Part shown: one piece after another, positions 47,734 through 56,842 of the stretch | Layout: every line of letters begins with the position of its first letter | Position numbering within the stretch: position 1 is the stretch's first letter | Assembly: GCA_913020665.1 (NCBI GenBank) | Contig: CAJVZI010000002.1 | Span: 16,070-80,069 of the forward strand | Direction of reading: 5' to 3' | DNA: 64,000 bases | From: an uncultured bacterium | GTDB lineage: Bacteria > Fidelibacterota > Marinisomatia > Marinisomatales > UBA1611 | Translations under genes and position numbers: made by a program | Notes under the pieces: model-generated | What the model saw: the letters and a program-made list of their open reading frames with translations, nothing else | Told to the model about the DNA's origin: nothing | Database searches by the model: none

Positions 47734-49341
47734 ATGAATTACGGATTTATTATAGATAACCGTTTGTGTATTGGTTGCCATGCCTGCACCGTTGCTTGCA
47801 AAAGTGAGCATGATGTACCTATTGGTGTAAACCGAACCCATGTAAAATATATTGAAAAGGGCATATTCCCAAATAGTAGTAGAGAGTTTTCTGTTCATCG
47901 TTGTAATCATTGCGCAAATGCACCATGTGTAGAAATATGTCCAACCACTGCTCTTTTCACACGATCTGATGGTATTGTAGATTTTGATAATGATAGGTGC
48001 ATTGGATGCAAATCGTGTATGCAAGCCTGTCCATATGATGCACTTTATATTGACCCCGATTCACATACGGCAGCAAAGTGTAACTATTGCGCACATCGCC
48101 TTGATGGTGGATATGAACCAGCGTGTGTAATTGTATGTCCAGTAGAGGCGATCATTTCTGGTGATATGGATGATGAAAACTCAAAGATATCAGGTCTGCT
48201 AGCGAATGAAAATGTTATGGCTAGAAAGCCAGAAAAAATGACACAACCTAACCTTTACTATATAAATGGCACGAATGAAATGTTAGACCCAAATCAGACC
48301 AAGGCAGACTGGGAATATGTTTGGTCAGAGCAGTCAAAGGGAGTAGGACATTATGCAAAATATGCTGATAAACGAGTGAATGAATCAGATACGGAGAATT
48401 TATTGATTCAGCTTGCGATGGAAAATTCTGCTCGCAGCGGTAAGCCTATTGACCAAAGATCTATTGATAAGGTTGCAAAAGAGATACAGCAAGATTTAGA
48501 TGAAAGTAAAGCGCGTAGAGTGTATGATTCTCCAAGTAAGGGTGTGCTCTGGGGTTGGGAGGTCACTTCCTATGTATGGACCAAAGCAATTGCAACGGGA
48601 ACATTCTTGATGATGGCCATCTATCAATTCATAAATGGCACCTTAGATCACACCGTTGAATTAAGCGGGTTATATACTTCTTTGATCTTTATGGGATTAA
48701 CAGGAGCGTTATTGGTCAAAGATCTAGATAGACCAGACCGATTCCTCTACGTTTTATTACGACCTCAATGGAGATCATGGTTGGTAAAAGGTGCATACAT
48801 CATCACAGCTTTTGGAGGGATGGTAACTTTACTACTGGTCGATCATTATTTTGGTTTTGGACTTAAATGGGCATGGGCCATTGGGTCAATATTTGCCGTC
48901 CTTGGAGCAATTTATACAGCATTCCTTTTTGACCAAGCAAGGGGACGAGATCTCTGGCAATCACCATGGATAGGAGCATTACATATGCTAGTTCATGCGA
49001 TCATTGCGGGTTCAGCATTTATGATCATGATCGATACAGGTTCAATTAGCATAATGAGAAGCATACTATATTTATCTATTTTATTAAATGTTTTTATCAT
49101 TTTAAAAGAGATATTAATACCTCATAAAACGCCAGATAGTAAAAAAGCAATTCAGATGATGACAAATGGCTATTATTCAAAATATTTTTGGACTGGCTTG
49201 ATTATAGGAAGTCTACTGCCCATTTTAATTCTGACTGGAAGCACAGGTTATGAACTCGTAGCGGGCATTTTGGCACTTGTTGGAATATTTTTAACAGAGT
49301 TTGTTCGTATAAGAGTACCGCAAATGATACCTTTGAGCTAA
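47734..49341 (+). CDS. Fusion of a four-cluster [4Fe-4S] subunit (PsrB/DmsB/SoeB-like) to an NrfD/PsrC-type quinone-interacting membrane subunit
   Basis: Four Cys groups in aa 1-140 (CIGCHACTVAC, CNHCANAPCVEIC, CIGCKSCMQAC, CNYC...CVIVCP), a ~90-aa linker, then ~8 hydrophobic helices. No signal or Tat motif. Confidence 0.8.
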   Translation: MNYGFIIDNRLCIGCHACTVACKSEHDVPIGVNRTHVKYIEKGIFPNSSREFSVHRCNHCANAPCVEICPTTALFTRSDGIVDFDNDRCIGCKSCMQACPYDALYIDPDSHTAAKCNYCAHRLDGGYEPACVIVCPVEAIISGDMDDENSKISGLLANENVMARKPEKMTQPNLYYINGTNEMLDPNQTKADWEYVWSEQSKGVGHYAKYADKRVNESDTENLLIQLAMENSARSGKPIDQRSIDKVAKEIQQDLDESKARRVYDSPSKGVLWGWEVTSYVWTKAIATGTFLMMAIYQFINGTLDHTVELSGLYTSLIFMGLTGALLVKDLDRPDRFLYVLLRPQWRSWLVKGAYIITAFGGMVTLLLVDHYFGFGLKWAWAIGSIFAVLGAIYTAFLFDQARGRDLWQSPWIGALHMLVHAIIAGSAFMIMIDTGSISIMRSILYLSILLNVFIILKEILIPHKTPDSKKAIQMMTNGYYSKYFWTGLIIGSLLPILILTGSTGYELVAGILALVGIFLTEFVRIRVPQMIPLS

Positions 49342-49343
49342 TT

Positions 49344-52181
49344 ATGAAAAGATCTTGGATAGAAACATTCTCAGAGTCATTAGGATTGATACCAAAAATA
49401 TCTGACCGTCCTGATTGGTCGGAAGAATTTGCTATGAGTGGACCTAGAGAGCTTTATAAATACCCTGACCCAAGTGAGTGGAATGACTTTATGGAATTAG
49501 ATCCTCTAGCTTGGCCTGAAAAAAAAGAGCGGCATTATTCTATCGTTCCTACTACTTGTTTTAATTGTGAATCTGCATGCGGATTATTAGCCTATATCGA
49601 TAAAGAAACAGACAAATTACGTAAGTTTGAAGGAAACCCACATCATCCTGGAAGTAGGGGTCGTAATTGTGCTAAGGGACCTGCTACTATTAATCAGATC
49701 AATGATACAGAGCGTATCTTATATCCTCTAAAACGTGTTGGCGAAAGAGGTGAAGGTAAATGGGAACGCATTAGTTGGGATAAAGCATTAGAAGAAATAT
49801 CTGAAAAGATAGCGTCATCTATTCGTAAAAGGAAAGATGGTGTAGTTTATCATGTGGGAAGACCAGGCCATGAAGGCTATGCTGAGCGGGTATTAAAAGC
49901 TTGGGGGGTTGATGGACATAATTCGCACACGAATATTTGTTCAGCTGGTGCTCGAACCGGGTATGCACTATGGCATAAATATGATAGACCAAGTCCAGAT
50001 CATACCAATGCAGAGGTGATTCTTTTAGCATCATCTCATCTTGAAACAGGTCATTATTTCAATCCTCATGCGCAACGGATAATGGAGGGAATGATGAAAG
50101 GTGCAAAACTTATAGTCATGGATCCTCGACTTTCTAATACTGCTTCAATGGCAGATGAATGGATGCCTACGTATCCTGGTAGTGAGCCTGCTGTTTATAT
50201 GGCGATCGCAAAGATCATTTTGGATGAGGAATTGTATGACAGGCATTATATGGAAAATTGGGTAAACTGGGATGAGTATTTAAAGAATTTACACCCTTCC
50301 GACCCAGTTGAATTTGATCAGTTCATAAAGCGCTTATCACAAGAATGGAGCATGTATACGCCAGAATTTGCTGCTAAAGAAGCACAGATAGAGGTGGATC
50401 AGATCATCCGTGTAGCAAAGTTGATCGGTAAAGCAGGGTCCAAATTATCCACGCATGTATGGAGAGGGCCATCAATTGGGAATCTAGGCGGTTGGCAGGT
50501 ATCACGTACTTTACATTTATTGAATGTGCTGACCGGTTCAGTTGGTACAGAGGGAGGTACTTCTCCTAGTGCTTGGAATAAATTTCATCCAGAATTCTTC
50601 GACTCGCCTCCTGGACCAGATGCTTGGAATGAGTTGAATTGGCCAAAAGAGTACACCCTAGCTCACTATGAGATGAGTCAGATCTTGCCCCATCTATTAA
50701 AAGATAATAGAGGGTCAATTGATGTTTATTTCACTCGTGTTTTTAATCCAGTATGGACCTATCCAGATGGATTCACTTGGATTGAAATGTTATCTGATAT
50801 GGATAAAGTGGGATGTCATATTGCACTTACACCAACTTGGAATGAAACGGCATTTTTCGCGGATTACGTATTACCCATGGGGCATGCCTCAGAGCGTCAT
50901 GATATAAATTCCTATGAAACTCAGGCTGGTATTTGGATCGCGTTTAGACAACCTGTTTTACGTGAAAAAGCTAGAAGGGATGGTAAGGAAGTAAAATTTA
51001 CCTATGAGGTTAATCCTGGAGAAGTGTGGGAAGAAGATGAATTCTGGATTGAATTATCTTGGCAGATCGATAAGAATGGTGATTTGGGTATACGAAATCA
51101 TTTTATGAGCCCGTATCGTGATAATGAGAAGATCAATATAGATGAATATTATCAATATATTTTCGAGCATACAGAAGGTTTGGCTGAAACAGCAGAAAAG
51201 GAGGGGATGACACCTTTAGAGTATATGCGTAAATATGGTGCCTTTCTTGTTGATGATAATATATATAAAAATAATGAAGACCCTATCAATGATCTAGAAA
51301 TAACTGTAAAACCAAATGGACAGGTCATAAAAGATGACAATATTGTGGGTATAGAAGTAAATGGTGAGAAATATAAAGGATTTCCAACACCATCTAAGAG
51401 GCAGGAGATTTTTTCACAGACCATGGTTGACTTTGGATATCCAGAACATGCCACACCTGGATATAGGATCAAAAGTCATGTACACATAGATGAAATGGAT
51501 AAGGAAAAAAATGAATGCATCCTATTACCTAATTTTAGATTACCAACGCATATTCATTCTCGCTCAGCCAATGCAAAGTGGCTTACAGAGATCGCTCATC
51601 GTAATCCAATATGGATCCATACTAAGGATGCTAGAAGAATAGGTGTGGATAATGGTGACCTTCTTAAGGTCAAAACAGAGATAGGATGGTTTGTTGATAA
51701 AGTTTGGGTAACCGAAGCTATCAAGCCTGGAGTGGTTGCATGCTCTCATCATATTGGTAGATGGAGAAGGCAGCAGGATGAAGGAAATCGATTTATGACA
51801 AATACAGTTGATATAAAAAATTTAGGTGATGGAAAATGGAAAATGAGTACCGTAAGTGGAGTTGAATCCTGGCAGACCAATGACCCTGACACAAGCAGAA
51901 TATGGTGGCGAGATGGTGGTGTCCATCAAAATATCACACACGCAACTAATCCCGATCCGATATCAGGAGCTCATTGCTGGTTGCAAAAGGTAAGCATCTC
52001 AAAACCTGGTCCAAATGAGGATTATGGTGATATTTTTGTTGATACAAATAGGTCATTCGAGCATTTTAAAAAGTGGAATGAATGGGCGAAGAAAAGAGAA
52101 ACTCACCCCAATGGATTACGTCGACCATTATGGATGGCAAGACCATTGACACCTCAAAAAGATCAATTCTATTTAAAATAA
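49344..52181 (+). CDS. Molybdopterin (bis-MGD, DMSO-reductase family) oxidoreductase catalytic subunit without Tat signal
   Basis: CFNCESAC...C(AKG) N-terminal [4Fe-4S] motif at aa ~72-110. HTNICSAGAR is a candidate Mo-ligand Cys. 945 aa. The N-terminus MKRSWIETFSESLG has no RR motif, and no upstream in-frame start is possible. Confidence 0.85.
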   Translation: MKRSWIETFSESLGLIPKISDRPDWSEEFAMSGPRELYKYPDPSEWNDFMELDPLAWPEKKERHYSIVPTTCFNCESACGLLAYIDKETDKLRKFEGNPHHPGSRGRNCAKGPATINQINDTERILYPLKRVGERGEGKWERISWDKALEEISEKIASSIRKRKDGVVYHVGRPGHEGYAERVLKAWGVDGHNSHTNICSAGARTGYALWHKYDRPSPDHTNAEVILLASSHLETGHYFNPHAQRIMEGMMKGAKLIVMDPRLSNTASMADEWMPTYPGSEPAVYMAIAKIILDEELYDRHYMENWVNWDEYLKNLHPSDPVEFDQFIKRLSQEWSMYTPEFAAKEAQIEVDQIIRVAKLIGKAGSKLSTHVWRGPSIGNLGGWQVSRTLHLLNVLTGSVGTEGGTSPSAWNKFHPEFFDSPPGPDAWNELNWPKEYTLAHYEMSQILPHLLKDNRGSIDVYFTRVFNPVWTYPDGFTWIEMLSDMDKVGCHIALTPTWNETAFFADYVLPMGHASERHDINSYETQAGIWIAFRQPVLREKARRDGKEVKFTYEVNPGEVWEEDEFWIELSWQIDKNGDLGIRNHFMSPYRDNEKINIDEYYQYIFEHTEGLAETAEKEGMTPLEYMRKYGAFLVDDNIYKNNEDPINDLEITVKPNGQVIKDDNIVGIEVNGEKYKGFPTPSKRQEIFSQTMVDFGYPEHATPGYRIKSHVHIDEMDKEKNECILLPNFRLPTHIHSRSANAKWLTEIAHRNPIWIHTKDARRIGVDNGDLLKVKTEIGWFVDKVWVTEAIKPGVVACSHHIGRWRRQQDEGNRFMTNTVDIKNLGDGKWKMSTVSGVESWQTNDPDTSRIWWRDGGVHQNITHATNPDPISGAHCWLQKVSISKPGPNEDYGDIFVDTNRSFEHFKKWNEWAKKRETHPNGLRRPLWMARPLTPQKDQFYLK

Positions 52182-52279
52182 CATAATCCTTCTTAATAGC
52201 CATGCCTCTAATGTAAAAAGTAATTTGAACTAACCTCTAGATCGATCGCAAATTTCCCCTAGTTAAACAGAACTTTATT

Positions 52280-52831
52280 TTGTACAAGACCATATCCATC
52301 CTCTTATCTTACATACTATTTGCTATGTCCTGTGAATCGTCAGATCATATACGTACGTATCGTTTACCAAAACAAGCGCAACCCTTGGACAATGATTTAA
52401 AGGGAAAGAATGAATTTGTTTTAAAATGGGAAACACCCGAAATGTGGACAGAAGTAAAGGGTCATTCCATGAGGTTAGCTAGTTTTACTGTTCCCACCAC
52501 AAAAGGAGAAGGTGACCTATCAATTACAACTTTTTCTGGCTCAAGTGGCGGTATAGAAGCAAATGTTAACCGCTGGCTTGGTCAAATTGGATTAGAGCCG
52601 TTATCTTTGATCGAAATTCAAAAAATTTCTTTAACGAGTAGAGGAAAGTTAGGTGATTATCAATATTTCAAATTGATCAATGAGGATCAAAAAGAAAGTG
52701 CGATATTGGCCTCTATCTTTCAATTGGATGGTAGGACAGTTTTTGTAAAGCTTTCGATTAATGTTGGTGGAATAGTTGAAGCCGAATCCGAATTCAGAGC
52801 ATTTTGTGAATCCATTTATGTTTTAGAATGA
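52280..52831 (+). CDS. Hypothetical lipoprotein (183 aa)
   Basis: TTG start gives MYKTISILLSYILFAMSC (lipobox). No known domain recognised. Its stop overlaps the ccsB start. Confidence 0.4.
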   Translation: MYKTISILLSYILFAMSCESSDHIRTYRLPKQAQPLDNDLKGKNEFVLKWETPEMWTEVKGHSMRLASFTVPTTKGEGDLSITTFSGSSGGIEANVNRWLGQIGLEPLSLIEIQKISLTSRGKLGDYQYFKLINEDQKESAILASIFQLDGRTVFVKLSINVGGIVEAESEFRAFCESIYVLE

Positions 52832-53958
52832 TCGATATAAAACAATTAATAAAGTTCATTAGTAGTCCAAAAGTATTCTCTTATACGGTTGTATGGTTGA
52901 TCGTTATCGTATTTTTTGGGACGATCGCTCAAAAAGACGTAGGGTTATATGCATCACAAGTAAAGTATTTTTCATCTTATTATTTTCTTTTTGCCGGCTT
53001 TTTACCTCTTCCAGGTGGCAGGATAACAATTATAATTATGACGGTCAATCTAGCATCAAGCCTGTTTAAGAAGAACCTATGGAAAATGAAAAAATTGGGT
53101 ATAATCATTGTCCATATTGGTGGTCTGTTACTGTTGATCGGGGGTGGTATTACTGCAAAGTTCAGTGCAGAAGGGAATATGGTTATTGGTGAGGGAGAAA
53201 GCTCCGATCATGTAGATGACTATCATGATATGGAGCTTGCATTTGTCAATACCTCTCTTGAGGATAGCTTGGAATACACTATTTTTGATGCTCCACTATT
53301 AGGTGAAGGAAAGAGAATTAAGTATGATAAACTTGGTATTCAAATTGATATAATTGACCATATAAAGAATGTGAGGATCGAGAGTAGGATCTCACCAGCT
53401 GATTCGATATATAAGGGATTTCTAAACGATTTTGTAATTATTCCAAAACAGCCAGACAAAGAGAACACTCAAAATCGCCCAGGATTGATTTTCAAAATAG
53501 AAGGAACGGGTAAAGAAACGGATGGTATTTATGGTGCATTCTTAGGTCAAAGAGTTCCAGATACATTTGAAATAGGAGGGGAATTGTTTTTTACTGAATT
53601 TCGAAGAAAGAGAACCTATCTACCATTCGCTATAGAACTTCTAGACTTTAAAAAGGTCATGCACCCTGGAACAAATGTTGCAAAAAGTTTTAGCTCAGAG
53701 GTAAATCTTATTGAAAATAAGATACCGCGCAGAGTTCTTATCCAAATGAATGAGCCCCTAAGGCATAGAGGATATACTTTCTACCAAGCTTCATTTGTAG
53801 ATGGACTAGATAAAGAGACTACCGTTTTAGCAACGGTCAAGAACTATGGTAGAATGTTTCCATATATTTCAAGCATTATAATGAGCATTGGCTTGTTGAT
53901 ACATCTCTTAATTAATCTGCCTAAAATGCTTAAGAAAAGGTCACCTAGTTCTAAATGA
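52828..53958 (+). CDS. ccsB: System II cytochrome c biogenesis protein ResB/CcsB
   Basis: N-terminal TM helices, a large soluble domain, C-terminal IQMNEPLRHRGYTFYQASF plus a TM helix. Overlaps ccsA. Confidence 0.7.
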   Translation: MIDIKQLIKFISSPKVFSYTVVWLIVIVFFGTIAQKDVGLYASQVKYFSSYYFLFAGFLPLPGGRITIIIMTVNLASSLFKKNLWKMKKLGIIIVHIGGLLLLIGGGITAKFSAEGNMVIGEGESSDHVDDYHDMELAFVNTSLEDSLEYTIFDAPLLGEGKRIKYDKLGIQIDIIDHIKNVRIESRISPADSIYKGFLNDFVIIPKQPDKENTQNRPGLIFKIEGTGKETDGIYGAFLGQRVPDTFEIGGELFFTEFRRKRTYLPFAIELLDFKKVMHPGTNVAKSFSSEVNLIENKIPRRVLIQMNEPLRHRGYTFYQASFVDGLDKETTVLATVKNYGRMFPYISSIIMSIGLLIHLLINLPKMLKKRSPSSK

Positions 53959-55586
53959 ATTTATTAACTAAATACCTGTTTTATTTATTGATCTTTACAT
54001 CTGTACAGGTAACCTATGGGTTTGAGATTGAAGATATACCTGTGCAAGATGAAGGCAGGATCAAGCCCTTAGATACTTTTGCTCGTAACCACCTATTAGC
54101 ATTTTATGGTAAAAGGTCTTTAAAGGACTTGGACCTTACAGCCACTGACTGGCTAATGAATTTGATTCTAGATCCACATAATGGAAGAAAACAAAAGATA
54201 TTTAATGTCAGGAATCCAGATGTAATAGCCAGTCTATTAATGGAATGGACTACAGAGCATAAATATAGTTTTAATGATATCGCACCTATGCTCACTGGAC
54301 AATCTGCAATGCTCGCCAGTATAGATCAAAAGCCAAGCAAAGATAGAACGGTTTTTGAAAAACAGCTTTTAGAGCTTAGTAGGAATATTTTACGATTTGA
54401 AGAGATCAGCTATTTGAAGGCATTAAAACTGATACCACCAGGTAATGATAATAGCAGTGGAGAGTGGATGTCACCATATGATTTTATTTTAACTGGTTTG
54501 CCTATGAACCAGTATCAAGAAAAATTATTAGGTTCGCTCCAAGCCTATTTATCAGGTAGGCTGGCCAAAGAAGAGCATACAATGCAAAAGGCATTACTGG
54601 ATTATGAGAATGCTCTTATGTCATTCCCCAATAAAGAATTCGAAATTGATACACTAAGAAAAGAGACCTGGATGAACAAGGTCAACCTTTTTTATATAAG
54701 TTTAGGGTGTTATATAATGGCATTTATTATTCTAGCTTTAAGCTGGATGACACAGCCATTATGGTTGAGTAGAATTTCTATAGCATTTTTAATCTCCGGA
54801 ACCGTGCTTCATGGATATGGAATTATTCTTAGGATGCTGATCATGGGTAGGCCTCCAGTCTCAACTTTGTATGAATCAATTATTTTTGTCTCCTTCATCA
54901 TAATGATATTCTCACTTATTCTAGAATATTTTCGGAGAGATGGTCTTGGTATTTTCATAGGAGCCATCACTGGGTCCATATTCCACTACATTGGATTTAG
55001 CTATGCATCAGATGGCGATACCTTAGGCATGCTAGTTGCAGTCCTTAACTCGAATTTTTGGTTAGCAACGCATGTTACAACCATTACGATGGGCTATGGA
55101 GCTTCTCTCATGGCTGGTTGCGTAGCACATCTATATCTGCTTCAATCACTAAGAAATCCTCATGATGAACCACGCCTAAAAAGTATTTTTAATAATTTAT
55201 ATGGAATAACACTTGTCGCATTATTCTTTACATTATTTGGAACCATATTGGGAGGTATCTGGGCTGATCAATCATGGGGAAGATTTTGGGGATGGGATCC
55301 CAAAGAAAATGGAGCTCTACTTATTGTATTATGTCAACTAATGATGATACATATGCGCCTTTCGGGGATTGCAAAGCGTGCAGAGTTTGCTCTGGGTATG
55401 GGTTTGAATAATATTACTGTTGCACTTGCCTGGTTTGGTGTAAACCTTCTTCAAGTAGGCCTACATAGTTATGGATTTGATGATGGCGTGGCTAGAAATC
55501 TTTTTATCTTTATTGCAGTTGAATTAGTTATTTGTTTTGGATTGTATTTTTGGCCTCGGCTAAAGACAAAGCCGAAGGTCACATAA
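53955..55586 (+). CDS. ccsA: System II cytochrome c biogenesis protein CcsA/ResC with ~250-aa N-terminal extension
   Basis: WGRFWGWDPKENGAL is the Trp-rich WWD heme-handling motif. Confidence 0.85.
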   Translation: MNLLTKYLFYLLIFTSVQVTYGFEIEDIPVQDEGRIKPLDTFARNHLLAFYGKRSLKDLDLTATDWLMNLILDPHNGRKQKIFNVRNPDVIASLLMEWTTEHKYSFNDIAPMLTGQSAMLASIDQKPSKDRTVFEKQLLELSRNILRFEEISYLKALKLIPPGNDNSSGEWMSPYDFILTGLPMNQYQEKLLGSLQAYLSGRLAKEEHTMQKALLDYENALMSFPNKEFEIDTLRKETWMNKVNLFYISLGCYIMAFIILALSWMTQPLWLSRISIAFLISGTVLHGYGIILRMLIMGRPPVSTLYESIIFVSFIIMIFSLILEYFRRDGLGIFIGAITGSIFHYIGFSYASDGDTLGMLVAVLNSNFWLATHVTTITMGYGASLMAGCVAHLYLLQSLRNPHDEPRLKSIFNNLYGITLVALFFTLFGTILGGIWADQSWGRFWGWDPKENGALLIVLCQLMMIHMRLSGIAKRAEFALGMGLNNITVALAWFGVNLLQVGLHSYGFDDGVARNLFIFIAVELVICFGLYFWPRLKTKPKVT

Positions 55587-55679
55587 CCTATTGAATTTTT
55601 CTTGTTTATAATTAATAACAAGTTAGACGATATTGTTTATAGAAATTTAAAGTAATAGATTAACAACCAATAATCTTCT

Positions 55680-55790
55680 CTTAGCCGAAGAGCCTAAGTT
55701 CATAATCATTTGAATATGGCTCCAGGCCGGTACGGTTCTCATGGAAACATTAGGATCAGCTCCCGATTTCTGAAATAACAGAATGACTTG
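55680..55790 (+). promoter_or_regulatory. Candidate Moco (molybdenum cofactor) riboswitch in the moaA leader
   Basis: A GC-rich island in an AT-rich spacer directly 5' of moaA. Helix CUUAG (55680-84) pairs with CUAAG (55694-98). A 10-pair hairpin at 55734-57 is capped by a GAAA tetraloop. GAGC (55690-93) can pair with either GCUC at 55719-22 or GCUC at 55759-62. Class assignment comes from context and remembered motif features only. Confidence 0.45.
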
Positions 55791-55792
55791 GA

Positions 55793-56839
55793 ATGAGAAA
55801 AGAAAATAAGCAACATATCCACCCATTGGTGGCTGACCGAGGTACGCCCTTGGAACCACCCATTACCGATAAATTCGGTAGAACTTTCAATTATCTTAGG
55901 CTAGCAGTAAATGAGCATTGTAATCTAAGGTGTATCTATTGTATGCCTGAAGAGGGTGCTCCTTTTCTTGATCAGGCTCAACTCTTATCTACAAATGAAA
56001 TAAAAATTATCTTACGAGCTATGTCAGACCTTGGTGTAAAGAAGGTTCGCTTTACAGGAGGTGAGCCTCTCTTGCGTAAGGATATTATAGATCTTATCAA
56101 ATACTCGTCACAAAGATCAATTTTTGAATCAGTTCACATTACAACAAACGGGCTCCTATTATCAAATTACATAGACGAACTTGAACAGGCAGGCCTCAAT
56201 GGAATTAATATTAGCTTGGATACTTTAGATGCAGAAAAATTTAAAAAGATCACACGCCGTGATGAATTTCAGAAGGTTATAAAAGGATTGAATGCGGCCA
56301 TCTTATCTGATATAAAACATATTAAAGTGAATGTTGTCGCCATGAGAGATTTTAACCAAAATGAGATCCTTGATTTTGTTGAATTGACCAAAACGAATGA
56401 CATCACTGTTCGATTTATAGAATTGATGCCATTTGATTCGCATCAGATTTGGAAAACTGGAAAGTATTATGGTGCTGACAAGATCTTAAGTCACCTGAGA
56501 GCAAATATCAAACGATTGAGGCCTATATCTGGCTCAAATACTGAGCATCATATATTCCAAATTGATGGATATAAAGGTCGGGTGGCAGTGATTCCTTCAT
56601 TTACGCGCACTCTATGTAAAAAATGCAATCGAATCAGAATTACAGCGGATGGAAAACTTTTAAACTGCTTATACAGTAAAAAAGAAACAAATATTAGAGA
56701 TGTAATCCGTCAAGGTCTTTCCAATGAATTGATCAAAGATATGATACGCCAAGCAATGAGTGAAAAAATGATCGATGGTTGGAGCGCCCAGCGGCAAGGG
56801 AATGATAGCAGGGGTTCTATGACCCAGATAGGAGGTTAG
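55793..56839 (+). CDS. moaA: GTP 3',8-cyclase (radical SAM)
   Basis: FGRTFNYLRLAVNEHCNLRCIYCMPEEG. The start is uncertain (about 25 aa of N-terminal extension). Confidence 0.9.
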   Translation: MRKENKQHIHPLVADRGTPLEPPITDKFGRTFNYLRLAVNEHCNLRCIYCMPEEGAPFLDQAQLLSTNEIKIILRAMSDLGVKKVRFTGGEPLLRKDIIDLIKYSSQRSIFESVHITTNGLLLSNYIDELEQAGLNGINISLDTLDAEKFKKITRRDEFQKVIKGLNAAILSDIKHIKVNVVAMRDFNQNEILDFVELTKTNDITVRFIELMPFDSHQIWKTGKYYGADKILSHLRANIKRLRPISGSNTEHHIFQIDGYKGRVAVIPSFTRTLCKKCNRIRITADGKLLNCLYSKKETNIRDVIRQGLSNELIKDMIRQAMSEKMIDGWSAQRQGNDSRGSMTQIGG

Positions 56840-56842
56840 TTA

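Noticed and set aside
47767-47781. A CxxCH pattern (CIGCH) in the FeS-NrfD fusion protein that might be a c-type heme site.
   Set aside because: It is part of the canonical CxxCxxCxxxC [4Fe-4S] motif in a protein without a signal peptide, so the match is coincidental.
47707-48024. A 105-aa minus-strand ORF opposite the start of the FeS-NrfD gene. Similar antisense ORFs occur elsewhere (for example 9737-10000, 12308-12637, 14591-14890, 36444-36746, 38158-38502, 51152-51472).
   Set aside because: All lie entirely inside strongly supported genes on the other strand and have low-complexity or Ser/Ile-rich composition. These are shadow ORFs.
55647-55859. A 70-aa minus-strand ORF in the ccsA-moaA spacer.
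   Set aside because: It overlaps the moaA start and the structured leader and has no recognisable features. It is most likely a spurious ORF inside a regulatory RNA region.
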